Assembly: GCF_006345805.1 (NCBI RefSeq)
Contig: NW_021832159.1
Span: 1-31,621, forward strand
DNA length: 31,621 bases
DNA from: Octopus sinensis
Lineage: Eukaryota
Reading direction: 5' to 3'
A model generated the notes under the pieces. The model was not told the origin of the DNA and did not search any database. It worked only from the letters and a program-made list of their open reading frames with translations. Numbering within the stretch: the stretch's first letter is position 1; the number at the start of each line of letters is the position of its first letter. The position numbers were made by a program, and so were the translations under genes. Shown here in pieces: positions 11,502 through 23,218 of the stretch.

Positions 11502-11980
11502 ATACAAAGAAAGAAAAAAAGGAAATGAAATAAGAAAATAGGCTGAAATAGCATGTTAGATAGAGAATGTGTTAAACGACTTCGATAGACTTCCCCCCTC
11601 CATTTATGGATTATTAAGGGGGAAAAATACGAGTGGCTTACTACAACGCAATTACTACTACTACTGCTGCTACTATACTACTACTACTACTACTATTACT
11701 ACTACTACTACTACTACTACTACTGGTGGTGATGCTGCTGCTGCTACTACTATTGTGAGCGTAACGTAGGGGGGACCTCTCTATGCGGTCGCGTTTCGTG
11801 CTAGAAATAGCAGCCAAAATATCAAAACATTCCTGAAATGTCACACAGCTCATCGTTTTCCCTCCTCCGCCACAAAAGTAAAAAAGGAGAAAGAAAATGA
11901 AAGAAAGAAAGAAAAAAACATAGAAAGAAAACATAAATAAAGTGATTGACACGTTAGGCTTAGATACTCCCATTTAAGTA
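11238..11980. repeat. Diverged tandem duplication (period ~520 bp) of a family E unit
   Basis: gtgag..taacgtagg...tttcgtgctagaaa(c/t)agcagccaaaa...aaacattcctgaaat...ctcatcg at ~11238-11338 and ~11755-11855. Confidence 0.8.
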
Positions 11981-12771
11981 CTTTACCAAAAGAAAAAGAA
12001 AAAAAAAAACGGGGCTGGGATACTTTTGTTAACCGAGCATGCCCGAGAGAATGTTGACCTGGTGCTCAGCGTAATCAGTTACTACTACTACTACTACTAC
12101 TACTACTTACTACTACTATTATTATTGTTGTATAACATGCACGTAACTGTAACATATATATATATATTGTCTCGAATAATATTTTTATAATATTTTACTA
12201 TAAAATGATTTAATCCTAAATTTGATTTTTTCCCTGTAAATTTGGATTTATTCCCTAATATTTATTATTATATATATATATATATTATATTTATAATGCA
12301 TATGTACTTAAAAATAATACTCAAGAAATTCACGTAACGTATTCACAGCTCGCTTACATACAAACACACATGTCTATGTGCCATGTGTGTGTGTGTGTGT
12401 AGCTTATAAATGCAACATACCCGTAACACATATACACACACAACACACAACAGACACATACATACACGCGACATATACATAACATACACACATACGCACA
12501 TACATACATACATACATACATACATACGCACTTTGTCCTTGTTATTTTTGGCTCTTACGCAATACTTAGAATAAATACTTTGTGACACGGTTGTTTTTTT
12601 TTTCTTTTATCCTTCGTAACTATTGCCAAATTTTAACGTTACTTCATCTTTTCTTTTATCTCTCTCTCTCCCCCCTCTCTCTACTCTAACAATTTTCTAT
12701 CTGTCTATGATTATATATATGTGTATATACAAAGATGTCTACATTTAGAGAATATATTTTTTTATGCATAT

Positions 12772-12903
12772 TTCTTTATTGTGCATAGAGGGTTAAACAC
12801 AGAGGGGACAAACAAGGACAGACAAAGGGATTAAGTCGATTACCTCGACCTCAGTGTATAACGGGTACTTATTTAATTGACCCCAAAGGATGAACTCTGA
12901 ACG
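12772..12903 (-). mobile_element. SINE family B fragment with an internal deletion
   Basis: Tail agaggggacaaacaaggacagacaaagggattaagtcgattac is near-identical to the 20006 and 23945 copies. Confidence 0.85.
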
Positions 12904-12935
<32 letters not shown>

Positions 12936-12942
12936 TATATAT

Positions 12943-12993
<51 letters not shown>

Positions 12994-13154
12994 CATGTAT
13001 ATATAAACATATATTTATCTACATATATATGTATATACATATAATGCATATTTATACCAGGTATCCACCATCTATCTATCCACCCATCTATCTATCCATC
13101 CATCTTTCCGTCCGTCCATCCGTCCGTCGTCTGTCATAATCAATCAATCAATCA

Positions 13155-13274
<120 letters not shown>

Positions 13275-13949
13275 GTCTGTCTGTCTGTCTGTCTGTCTGT
13301 CCGTTTGTCTGACTGTGCATGCATGTATATATACGAATGTATATACATAAGCTAACACAAGCTAAGAATAAGAAAAAAAAAACTCTGTATTTGTTCGTTC
13401 GATAGGCAAGAAAAAGCAGCCAAATGTCCTTCAAATTACGCTTTTTCAGCTTAACAATAAAATGATCACAATTGAAACATCCTTGAAATCTGCTCTGCTC
13501 GATCAAGGTTGACCTGCGGTTAAACAGCAACGAAAATGACAACAATGCGTTTGTCTATAACTACATTTACCGGCATATGTTTATTAGTTCATATATGCGA
13601 ACTCCTGTATGAGTGCATACAAGCGAGTGCGAGTGCCTGTGTGTGCGTGTGTGTGTGTATGTTTGAATATATGCTTCATGCATGAATATCTAAACGTGAT
13701 GTATAATATACATACAACTTGTATTGGTTTCCGTGAAATATATGCTGAACATCCGGTCTCCACATGAATGTAAATTTGAGTCGATCGTGTGTGTGTGTGT
13801 GTTTATGGCTGTAATTATTATAAATCGGTGGAAGGTGCAGTGTGACTCAAAAAGCCAGAGTTTCGTGCCATTTAATAGTCAAAACTTGATAATTACCATG
13901 CCCAAAACACTCGGCCTTTAAATCACTAAGTTCTGTAAATAATGTAAAC

Positions 13950-14449
13950 GATGGGCTATAGCAAATATTCTGTTCGATACTACAGACTTGTTTGACCATT
14001 ATTTGACCTTAACCAATTGGGCATGTCCCTTGGTGGTTGTCTATATATGCATCTCCGATCTCGAACAGGAGTAGTGGGGAAACATCATAGCCATGTGTTT
14101 GAGAGGAATTCTACGGGGTTTGAATAATTGACCTTTGGAAACATAGGGTATTTCGTTCAACATCCTTAAACAATCCTTATTCAGGGACCTTTTGAATGGG
14201 ATGGGATACTCGACCTGAAGAAAATTCTAATTGAGTCCCCTCACCCCACCCCCAGCAAGGTCATGCGCTGTTTATCTTGATCATGTCGGGTACATATGGT
14301 TGTGATGCATGTGCCTTGTGTACCTTTGTTAAACAGGTATTCATGATGGGTATACTGGGCTTCGTATATTTGTACCCCAGTGTTACTTTGATGGCATGCA
14401 CTGCTCTCTCACTCAAATAATAACAACAACAACAATAATAATAATGATG

Positions 14450-14507
<58 letters not shown>

Positions 14508-14510
14508 TAA
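13950..14510 (+). mobile_element. Probable non-LTR retroelement 3' UTR ending in (AAT)n
   Basis: A 460-bp complex, non-coding segment ends ...gcactgctctctcactc and runs directly into an (AAT/AAC)n tract, typical of elements with (TAA)n tails such as R4/Dong-like ones. The family assignment is inference. Confidence 0.5.
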
Positions 14511-14512
14511 CA

Positions 14513-14725
14513 ATGTTTCCTTTATTGGCCACAAGGGCCGAACACAAAACTCATGGCGACAATACAACACAAGGGACAAGTGGGGTTTAGTACAGAGTCG
14601 TGTGAAAGAAAAAAACAATAACAATTAACAATAAGATTAAACAATAAAATCTCCAAAAGTTGGGGAGTCCATCCCTGGGGTAACCGAGGAACCTCCTGGT
14701 TACCCCGACCGCCAGGTGCACCTCT
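14513..14725 (-). mobile_element. Probable LINE 3' end sharing its terminus with SINE family B
   Basis: tttcctttattggccacaagggcc versus the family B end tttctttattgcccacaagggg; AATAAA lies near the end on minus; the body is unrelated to family B. Confidence 0.5.
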
Positions 14726-14737
14726 TATTTAATAATC

Positions 14738-14910
14738 TGTTCTAATTTTGGCACAAGGCCAGCAATTTTGTGTGTTACTTATTTTATTGACCCCTAAAGG
14801 ATGTAAGGCAGACTCGATCTCAGTGGTATTTGAACTCAGAATGTTCACAGCCAGAAGAAATATCGCTGAACATTTTGTTCGACGCGCGAGTAATACTGCC
14901 AGTTCGCAGC
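14738..14910 (-). mobile_element. SINE family B, degenerate
   Basis: tacttattttattgacccctaaaggatg..ggca...atttgaactcagaatg...ctgccagttcgcagcc. Confidence 0.8.
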
Positions 14911-15129
14911 CGTATCAATAATAGATTTTATGTATGTGAGTATATATACACACTTATAAAAAAACATATACACACATGTGTACTTCACACACACACACAC
15001 ACAGTATCACACGCCACAGTATCACACGCACACACACACATCACACACACATACACACACAATGAGCATTTTTGCACTCTCATGGCTTTGAAAATCACAT
15101 TTTCTATCTCTCTCTCTCTCTACAACTTC

Positions 15130-15365
15130 CGGTCAGTTGTTTTACGGTCATGTAACGACACACGTGTTTTTATCGGATTATCTGCTCCGTCCTCCTTCTC
15201 TTCCGCTCTGGACTTTTTATTCCTTCCGACGAAGAGTCGTGCTCGAAATGTCATTTCCCCTCCTGTTTTTCTATCTAAAACTTTCACTGAGTGTCACTTC
15301 TCAGATATTCACCTGTGTACATCTAATTGAGTTTTGGTGTTTTTCCCCCCATTTCGTATTTTTGA
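15130..15365 (+). mobile_element. Penelope-like terminal repeat remnant with a decayed minimal hammerhead
   Basis: 15226-15252: CCGACGA-A-GAGT-cgt-GCTC-GAAA-TG-TC, followed by a T-rich tail; same layout as 10181. Confidence 0.55.
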
Positions 15366-15369
15366 TTTG

Positions 15370-15405
<36 letters not shown>

Positions 15406-15406
15406 G

Positions 15407-15519
<113 letters not shown>

Positions 15520-15677
15520 TATGCACACACATGTATATACGTACACGCACACACATACATATATACTGATGCACTGAGTTCCTGTTTGTTGTACAAAATC
15601 TCTCTCTTTTCTCCCCCTCTCTCTCTCTCTCTCCCTGTCTCTCTCTGTCTGCCTGTCTCTGTCTCTCTCTCTGTCAT

Positions 15678-15719
<42 letters not shown>

Positions 15720-15723
<4 letters not shown>

Positions 15724-15908
15724 ACGGCCGAAATTGCATACATGCATACGGCCGAAATTGCGAGGATAATCTAGTGCTTGAATGAGGATAGAGGGCTTCG
15801 AATGACCCGTCCTTGTTTTCTTTGTATCGTCTATCTGGATGTTTTGTTGACCCATTTTTGTATCGCCTAGCTGTCCTGATGTTTTGCGTTCTTATCCCAT
15901 TTTGTATT
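15720..15908 (+). mobile_element. Repeat fragment F (second copy) with a duplicated start
   Basis: Homologous to 9850-9995 (minus); tgcatacggccgaaattgc occurs twice. Confidence 0.6.
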
Positions 15909-15927
15909 TTATATATATATTATATAT

Positions 15928-16324
15928 ACTCTTACTCTTTTACTTGTTTCAGTCATTTGACTGCGGCCATGCTGGAGCACCGCCTTTAGTCGAGCAAATC
16001 GACCCCGGGACTTAATCTTTGTAAGCCTAGTACTTATTCTATCGGGGTCTTGTGTCGAACCGCTAAGTGACGGGGACATAAACACACCAGCATCGGTTGT
16101 CAAGCGATGCTAGGGGGACAAACACAGACACACAAACACACACACACATATATATATTCATATATACGACGGGCTTCTTTCAGTTTCCTTCTACCAGATC
16201 TATTCACAAGGCTTTGGTCGGCCCGAGACTATAGTAGAAGACACTTGCCCAAGATGCCACGCAGCGGGACTGAACCCGGAACCATGTGGTTGGTAAGCAA
16301 ACTACTTACCACACAGCCACTCCT
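15928..16324 (-). mobile_element. SINE family A, full length
   Basis: Collinear and near-identical to 5094-5544. Confidence 0.9.
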
Positions 16325-16597
16325 AAGCATGCACACACATACACCACTGGCCTGCAGGCGTACTGTTTCCTCAATATGTCTCCTATTGCTACCCAAAACA
16401 ACGTGGGTAGGAAAAAAATCTAATTTCCTATAAAAACAAAAGCGTATATTTACGTTGATTCTGTACTAATCCATGTGCAATGTAGCGCTTCTATGATTTA
16501 TTGAATTAAACATCGTTAGCCCTGGCACTACAATTTATGTAAATTAAGATACTCTCATTTAACTTGAGCCGAGTTTTTTTTTTTTATATAAGGTGTT

Positions 16598-16912
16598 CGA
16601 AAATGCATAACAGATCTCTGCTGAAACGGAAGAAACTGCTGAAAGTAGCTAGTCCATGTGGTTTAACCGCATTATACGAAAATGCACAACAGATCTCTGA
16701 TGAAACGAAAGAAACCGCGAAAACTAGCTAGTCCATGTGGTTTAACCGCATTATTCTGAAATGCACAACAGATCTCTGATGAAACGAAAGAAACCGCGGA
16801 AAGTAATTAGTCCATGTGGTTTAACCGCATTATACGAAAATGCATAACGGATCTCTGATGAAATGGAAGAAACCGCGGAAAGTAGCTAGTCCATGTGGTT
16901 TAACCGCATTAT
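16598..16912 (+). repeat. 4 x 79-bp head-to-tail tandem repeat with a hammerhead-like core
   Basis: atgca at 16603/16682/16761/16840 (exact period 79); CTG(A/C)TGA at 16618/16697/16776/16855. Confidence 0.95.
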
Positions 16913-17493
16913 CTACATGGAGAGATTAAAGATGTAAATACTGAAAGTAGACACCTGTAGGTTTATCTATCTGCTATTTCTTGTTTCCTTGTTGCCTTCC
17001 TTTGCTCTCATCTCCACATGGAGTTGTAAAGGCGCCATTGCGACATGCAGCGTGTCTTGGGCATTTTATACTTCGCGGATAATATGTTTGTCCATATAAA
17101 TATTCATACATACATACAAACGTACATACATTCATACGTACGTACGTACGTACGCACATACATAGGTACATACATGTATGTAGACATATGCATATATGCA
17201 TTTATATATACATATATATACACACATACATGCGAAAACACATAGAAACATGTACATACATGTGTGTGTGTGTACGTTTATGTAAGTGGATAAAGTGTGA
17301 TTTGAGGGACAGCTGGTTGCTTTCTTCTTCAGCAGTATGTACAACCCCTTAGGGCCTGATTCGTTAGCTTGCCAGAATTAGTTTTAAAGAAGAGGGGGTG
17401 CTTTTGATGTGATAGACAATAACAGAAGTAAATTTAAAACTAGTAATATACAATAATGATAATTACATGTAAAATAGTTCAAATATAATGATC

Positions 17494-17678
17494 CTTTCAG
17501 TTATAGACACGAGGCCTGGAATTTTGTGGGAGGTGGTTAGTCGATTACATCCACCCCAATGCTCAACTGGTACTTATATAATCGCTCCAAAAGGATGAAA
17601 GACAACGTTGACCTCGACGGAATTTGAACCTAGAAGCTTTTTGCTCGGTGTGCTATCGATTCTACTTGCTCACCGCTT
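17494..17678 (-). mobile_element. SINE family B, degenerate (alternative tail)
   Basis: tagtcgattacatcc...aactggtactta...aaaggatgaaagacaacgttgacctcgacggaatttgaac. Confidence 0.8.
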
Positions 17679-17872
17679 TATGTTAAATGATACAACACCC
17701 TGCCCCAACACCAAGTAGGATAACCATACATAGCAAATCTGGACAAACCAGAAAATCTTAATTGCCCTTAACATCAATGACATGTGCTTTCTACAAGGTA
17801 TCTCTGTCGCATTCTAGAGAGCTCAGCCAGCCAGTCATTCTCAACTCACCTTTGAGACTCCACTCACCACTA

Positions 17873-18283
17873 ACTCTCTTTTACTCTTTTACTTGTTTCA
17901 GTCATTTGACTGTGGCCATGCTGGAGCGCCGTCTTTAGTCGAACAAATCGACCCCAGGACTTATTCTTTGTAAACCTAGTACTTATACTATCGGTCTCTT
18001 TTTGCCGAACTGCTAAGTTACGGCGACGTAAACACACCAGCATCGGCTGTCAAGCGATTTTGGGGAGACAAACACAGACACAGACACCGACACACCACAC
18101 ACACACACACACACACACATATACATATATATATATTATATATATATATATATATACGCCGGGCTTCTTTCAGTTTCCGTCTACAAATTCCACTCACAAG
18201 GCTTTGGTCGGCCCGAGGCTATAGTAGACGACACTTTCCCAAGGTGCCACGCAGTGGGACTGAACCCGGAACTATCTGGTTCG
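17873..18283 (-). mobile_element. SINE family A, slightly 5'-truncated
   Basis: Collinear with 5094-5544 but lacks the A-box end. Confidence 0.9.
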
Positions 18284-18310
18284 TTTCTATTGCCGTTACC
18301 TCTTTTCGTG

Positions 18311-18607
18311 AAGATGCGTGGCTTGGTGGTTGGAGATGATGTTCGGCTCACGATTGTGCATTCGATTCGCGGTGATTCGTTGTGTAGTTGAACAAGACAC
18401 TTTATTTCACGTTCCTCCACTCTGCTCAGCTGGCAATTCAAATGACCAATCTTGTTACATCCTGTCTCACAATAAATCTCCCTGAGAACCACCTTAAAAG
18501 GTACGCATATCTGTTGAGCCCTCAATCACTTGCACGATAATTTCACGAGCAGTCTGTTCTGTTATCGAATCAACCCGAACACTCGTCGTCGTCACCGACG
18601 GAATGCC
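18311..18607 (+). mobile_element. SINE family C, degenerate full length
   Basis: Collinear with 26938-27256 (gcgtggctt..gtggtt, caagacactttatttc, gagaaccac, cacttgcacg, accgacgga). Confidence 0.85.
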
Positions 18608-19389
18608 ATTTTATCTCTTTTTGTCTCTACGCTCTCCTTCCTCTTTATGTTCTTGTTGTAATAATTATTGCTGATATCATTTAATCTTCCTGCTCATTTG
18701 TGACTGAGTAGATCTATCATCACACGTGTTCTAGTCGTGTCCATGTTGCGTGTGTGTAAAGGTATATTGTGCGTTTCCTTTCCATCCCGTTTCTCATTTA
18801 GTGCTTGATAAAAAAATCTCAGTATACCGTGACCGGCTTATCTATATTGTCATTAGGCCTACATGTCCACGCTTGTAGCTTTGATACGGTACCCGCATTG
18901 TCGAGTAGTTGACCCAATCCATCGGTGTGTTGTATATATGACAACGTCATCCCATGCCTTTTGTTTTTTCTAAGACGGTAAGTTGTGATTTTGATGGACA
19001 TTTTGTTGCCATTTCTAGCAAGTTCTATAAACACATGGGTGTTCTCCTGTTGGCATGTTTCGCTTTATGTTAACGCGATTCTGGAATGAGCCAAACGAGT
19101 GAGTTTCTATGCGGTCGATCCTTGTGTTAGAAATAGCAACCAAATCTTACTCAAATCGCACCCACCATACGGTTTTTTTTTCTTTTAAAAAAAGAAAGGC
19201 ACATTTGTCAGTGTAGTTTATGATATTAAAAATGATGGAATTTATTACAGAGCTACTCTACCAAATCTCACCAGGAGTTAAACAGCAATATCGACAAATG
19301 ATCCTGGAAGAATGTTATGAAGACTTTCAACCAAAGAGAAAAAACCTAACTACAAAGTTTTTAACTTCCTTCATCACACTATTTCATTT

Positions 19390-19950
19390 TTAAAACGCTC
19401 CACCAAACTGATTCCTCCATCAGCATTAACTCTCCACTATAACGCTCTTCAAACTGATGCCTTTATCGCATTATCTCTAATGTATAACACACTACCAATT
19501 GATTCGTTCACTGCACTGTCTCTTCCGTAATACACTCTTGCATCTTATCCCCCCATCACATTACCTTTTTTTTTTTTTATAACGTTCTCCAAACAGATTC
19601 CTCCATTTTTCTGCGCCTCCTGTATAACGCTCTCCATATTAATTCCTCATTCACTCTATCCCTTCTATATAACACTCTGCCAACTAATTCCTGTTCACCC
19701 TACCTACATTATATACATTATAATGCTCTCTAAGTGTATTCCACAATCACCATATCTCTTCTGTATAACGTTCTCTAATCTGACTCCTCAACAACCTACA
19801 TATACTTCTGTATAACGCTGTGCAAATTGATCCCTCCATCGTCGTAGCTATTCTATATAATGTTCTCTCGTCTCATTCTTCCATCACCTCTACTTCTGTA
19901 TAAGGCTCCACCATCTAATTTCTCCATCACACTATTTCGTATAATCTCCC
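19390..19950. repeat. Degenerate ~45-bp minisatellite, about 13 copies
   Basis: Consensus roughly tgtataacgctctccaaactgattcctccatcacattatctcttc; tataa anchors recur every 41-52 bp. Confidence 0.85.
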
Positions 19951-20005
19951 TCAAACCACAGCTCCCTGCTCTAAGACCGGAATGAACATATCGAATAGTA
20001 ATCTT

Positions 20006-20419
20006 ATTTCTTTATTGCCCACAAGGGGTTAATATATAGAGCACAAACAAGGACAGACAAAGGGATTAAGTCGATTACATCGACCCCAGTGCGTAAATGG
20101 TAGTTAATTTATCGACCCCGAAAGGATGAAATGCAAAGTCGACCTCGGCGGAATTTGAACTCACAACATAAAAACAGACGAAATACCTATTTCCTTACTA
20201 CCCACAAGGGGCTAAACACAGAGAGGACAAACAAGGACAGACAAACGGATTAAGTCGATTATATCGATCCCAGTGCGTAACTGGTACTTAATTTATCGAC
20301 CCCGAAAGGATGAAAAGCAAAGTCGACCTCGGCGGAATTTGAACTCAGAACGTAACGGCAGACGAAATACCGCTAAGCACTTCTCCCGGCGTGCTAACGT
20401 TTCTGCCAGCTCGCTGCCT
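20006..20419 (-). mobile_element. Dimeric SINE family B with a perfect 17-bp TSD
   Basis: Head on minus aggcagcgagctggcagaaacgttagcacg...GAGTTCAAATTCC (B box), then a second, head-truncated monomer. TSD tatcgaatagtaatctt at 19989-20005 and 20420-20436. Confidence 0.95.
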
Positions 20420-20639
20420 TATCGAATAGTAATCTTGGATAACCAATTTTTGATGGAATGGCAACCAGTACAATTGCCCTGGTCACTCGACGTTTATCTT
20501 GAGTCAAAACAACAATAACACCACTATTAAAGACACCAATAACAAATGTCCAGTTTTAACCTTTGAGGTGTGACATCGTAAAAGTCCTTAAATGAATGTA
20601 TACTTGTTGATGAACTCATCCATTTCTATTGTTGAACAT

Positions 20640-20765
20640 CTAATTGTTCGATTAAGGGGGCATGTTACTGAATTAGCTTACGAAATGGCTGTGTATTCTG
20701 CCGACGCATGTATTCTTAAAGTAATTCTCACGTACAATCAGTGTAACACAAGTGTGACAAGAATG
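20640..20765 (-). mobile_element. Old SINE family C body fragment
   Basis: Minus cttgtcacacttgtgttacactgattgtacgtgagaattactttaagaatacatgcgtc aligns to 27100-27165. Confidence 0.6.
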
Positions 20766-21779
20766 GTCTTTATATTCAGTAATGTGATGTTGAAAGGGAG
20801 AGACGCCCCATAGGGATAGGGGCCCTTTCACTGGGGCGGCATTTTAAGGTTTACTATATAAACCTATATAGTCTGTATTGTCTCAGGCGTGTTGCAAACC
20901 CAAAGGTTGCCTGGGGCAGCATACACTCCAGCTTCATCACTTTTTTATAAGTACAATAATGCTCTGTCATTGCATGTTTCTTGTGTGTACGTTCTGTTTT
21001 TTTGTTTATGGTTTCATCAAAGCAGGAAAGGCAATATTCATGTCCCTTTTTCAGGGCCTCTGAAACAATTAGGAGGAAAGAAGGTAGTTATGTTCAAATC
21101 TGTAACTTGACTTGAATGTTTGCCACAAAGTAGACACCCTATGGCCAGATGGTAGGGATAGAGAGAGAGAGAGAGATTATATACATATATATTTCGACAT
21201 CTCACATGTAGCACCCGTTGCAACTGTACAAGTAATGTCGATCTAATGGAGGGAGAGATCTTATGTCTGCACAAACATTTGATCATTATAAACAGATCAT
21301 CTTTGTGTTTGCTCTGTAAGAAATTGTCGAACCCTCATATGTCATCTAACGACGGGAGAGTCCATCATCACCATATATATATAATACATACATACATCAT
21401 ACATACATACATCATACATACATCATACATACATACATACATGCATGCATGCATGCATGCATACATACATACATACATACATACATACATACATACATAC
21501 ATACATACATACATACACCTTCTCTGTGGCATATTAGGAAGTGTCTTTTACTATAACTGTATGAGTGAAACTGGGGAGACGGAAACTGGAAAATTCATGA
21601 GATGGAGTGAATCCATCTGTAATTAAATCAACTCCAGTCATGTCACCTTTTGTTATGCTGGGTCTGCCTTCGAATTATCTCAAGAAAACATTTAGATTTA
21701 CGCTGATTCTGTCGAAATAACGATCTTAGGTGTCTGTTGGATAAAAAAAAAAATGTTACATTCTTGAGTCATTACTCAC

Positions 21780-21988
21780 AAGAGCCAGTTTTCTTGTGTA
21801 TATATTCAGGACTTGGACAGGACGCGGGTCCGTTGCAGGATTACTCGTTTTTGCCAGCTGAGTCGACTGGAACAGCGTGAAAGAAAGCGTTTTACTCAAG
21901 AACACAAGGCGTCACCTGCTCCAGGAATCGAAACCACAATCTTACGATCATGAGTCCAATACCCTAACCACTAACCCACGGGCCTCCA
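21780..21988 (-). mobile_element. SINE family D (C-type head and core plus a V-domain-like segment)
   Basis: Minus: ggaggcccgtgggttagtggttaggg...GGTTTCGATTCC...ttgtgttcttgagtaaaac...actcagctggcaaaaacgagtaatcctgcaacggacccgcgtcctgtcca. Confidence 0.8.
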
Positions 21989-22185
21989 CTGTGGGATACT
22001 CAATCACTTACTGTGATTGAGTGATCTGCAGGAATACTCATTGGCGAATCCGACGGAGATCCATTTAATTAGACTTAATTCTACTTGCACTGCTCGAGCC
22101 TGTAGCTAAATTCCCTTCCAATCAAGTCCCATTGTCTTAAATAAAGGACACATTGGATAATGCAATCCTAGGTATGCTTTCACCA

Positions 22186-22372
22186 TTTTATCTTTTACTT
22201 GTTTCAGTCACTGGGCTGCGGCCATGCAGGAGCACAGCATTGAAAGCTTTAGTCCAACAAATTGATCTAAATATCTATTTTTTTTTTAAAGTCTCGTACT
22301 TATTCTAACGATGTCGTCTGCCGAACCTCTAAGTTGCGGCGACGTGAATAAATACAAAGACAATGACACACA
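22186..22372 (-). mobile_element. SINE family A 3' half, old
   Basis: cttttacttgtttcagtca...ctgcggccatgcaggagcac...ccgaacctctaagttgcggcgacgtga. Confidence 0.8.
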
Positions 22373-22845
22373 CATGACCAAATCAAATAAACGAACAATA
22401 AAATTAACTATAACAAACAACAAAAGCGCATGTACAAGGAACGTATTAGTTCGACACTCAGTAAAAAGAGAGAGTTTTTGACCTTTTGAGCATAGCTCTT
22501 CATCGGATCGGTAAAAGAAAAAAGAAAGGAAAAAATACCAACTGCACGTGTGTAATTACATTGCTGAAGTGATATATATATATATATATCAGATCTACTA
22601 CTACCCACCTACGAGGCATTCACAAAGGAATAGAAAACGAGAGACCGACTACCTGAATACTATGGAAATATTTAGCTATTTAAAGACTATGGAAATGTTT
22701 ACAAAACATTTCACTTAATTTTTTTTCTCCAATTTAATTGTTTTTCTTATTTTACTTTTAGTTGAAACAGCCTAAAAGACGGAAACCATACTAAAATACT
22801 TCATGATAAATTATTTTAGCATTTGCTACCTTGTTTTATTTTCCT

Positions 22846-22881
<36 letters not shown>

Positions 22882-22907
22882 ATTATATATATATATATAG
22901 TATATAC

Positions 22908-22938
<31 letters not shown>

Positions 22939-22972
22939 CACTTCAGGAATATGTATATATATATTTACACAC

Positions 22973-23133
22973 GCGACGCTTCCACACACAGTTTCCGTGT
23001 ACTATATTCACTCACAAGACATTGGTTGCCTTGTAGCTATTGTAGAGGATACTTGTCCAAAGTACCGCACTGTGGGACTGAACCCGACGCCACACTGTTG
23101 CAAAACGAAGTTCTTAAGCATAGATCTATGCCT
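22973..23133 (-). mobile_element. SINE family A 5' half, old
   Basis: cagtttccgt...cactcacaag...tacttgtccaaagtaccgcactgtgggactgaaccc. Confidence 0.8.
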
Positions 23134-23218
23134 GATAAATAATTAAAAACAACAGCGAGATGATCATGGTTAGAGGGCTTTACGAGCTTAGGTTTTCTGA
23201 GCTAAAGCTAACCTATGC

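Noticed and set aside
16598-16912. Possible CRISPR array
   Set aside because: Whole units are homologous with no unique spacers, there are no cas genes, and the context is eukaryotic.
20800-21075. Possible hAT-like MITE (ggggccc...ggggcggc...cagggcctctgaaa)
   Set aside because: Matching TIRs and a TSD could not be identified.
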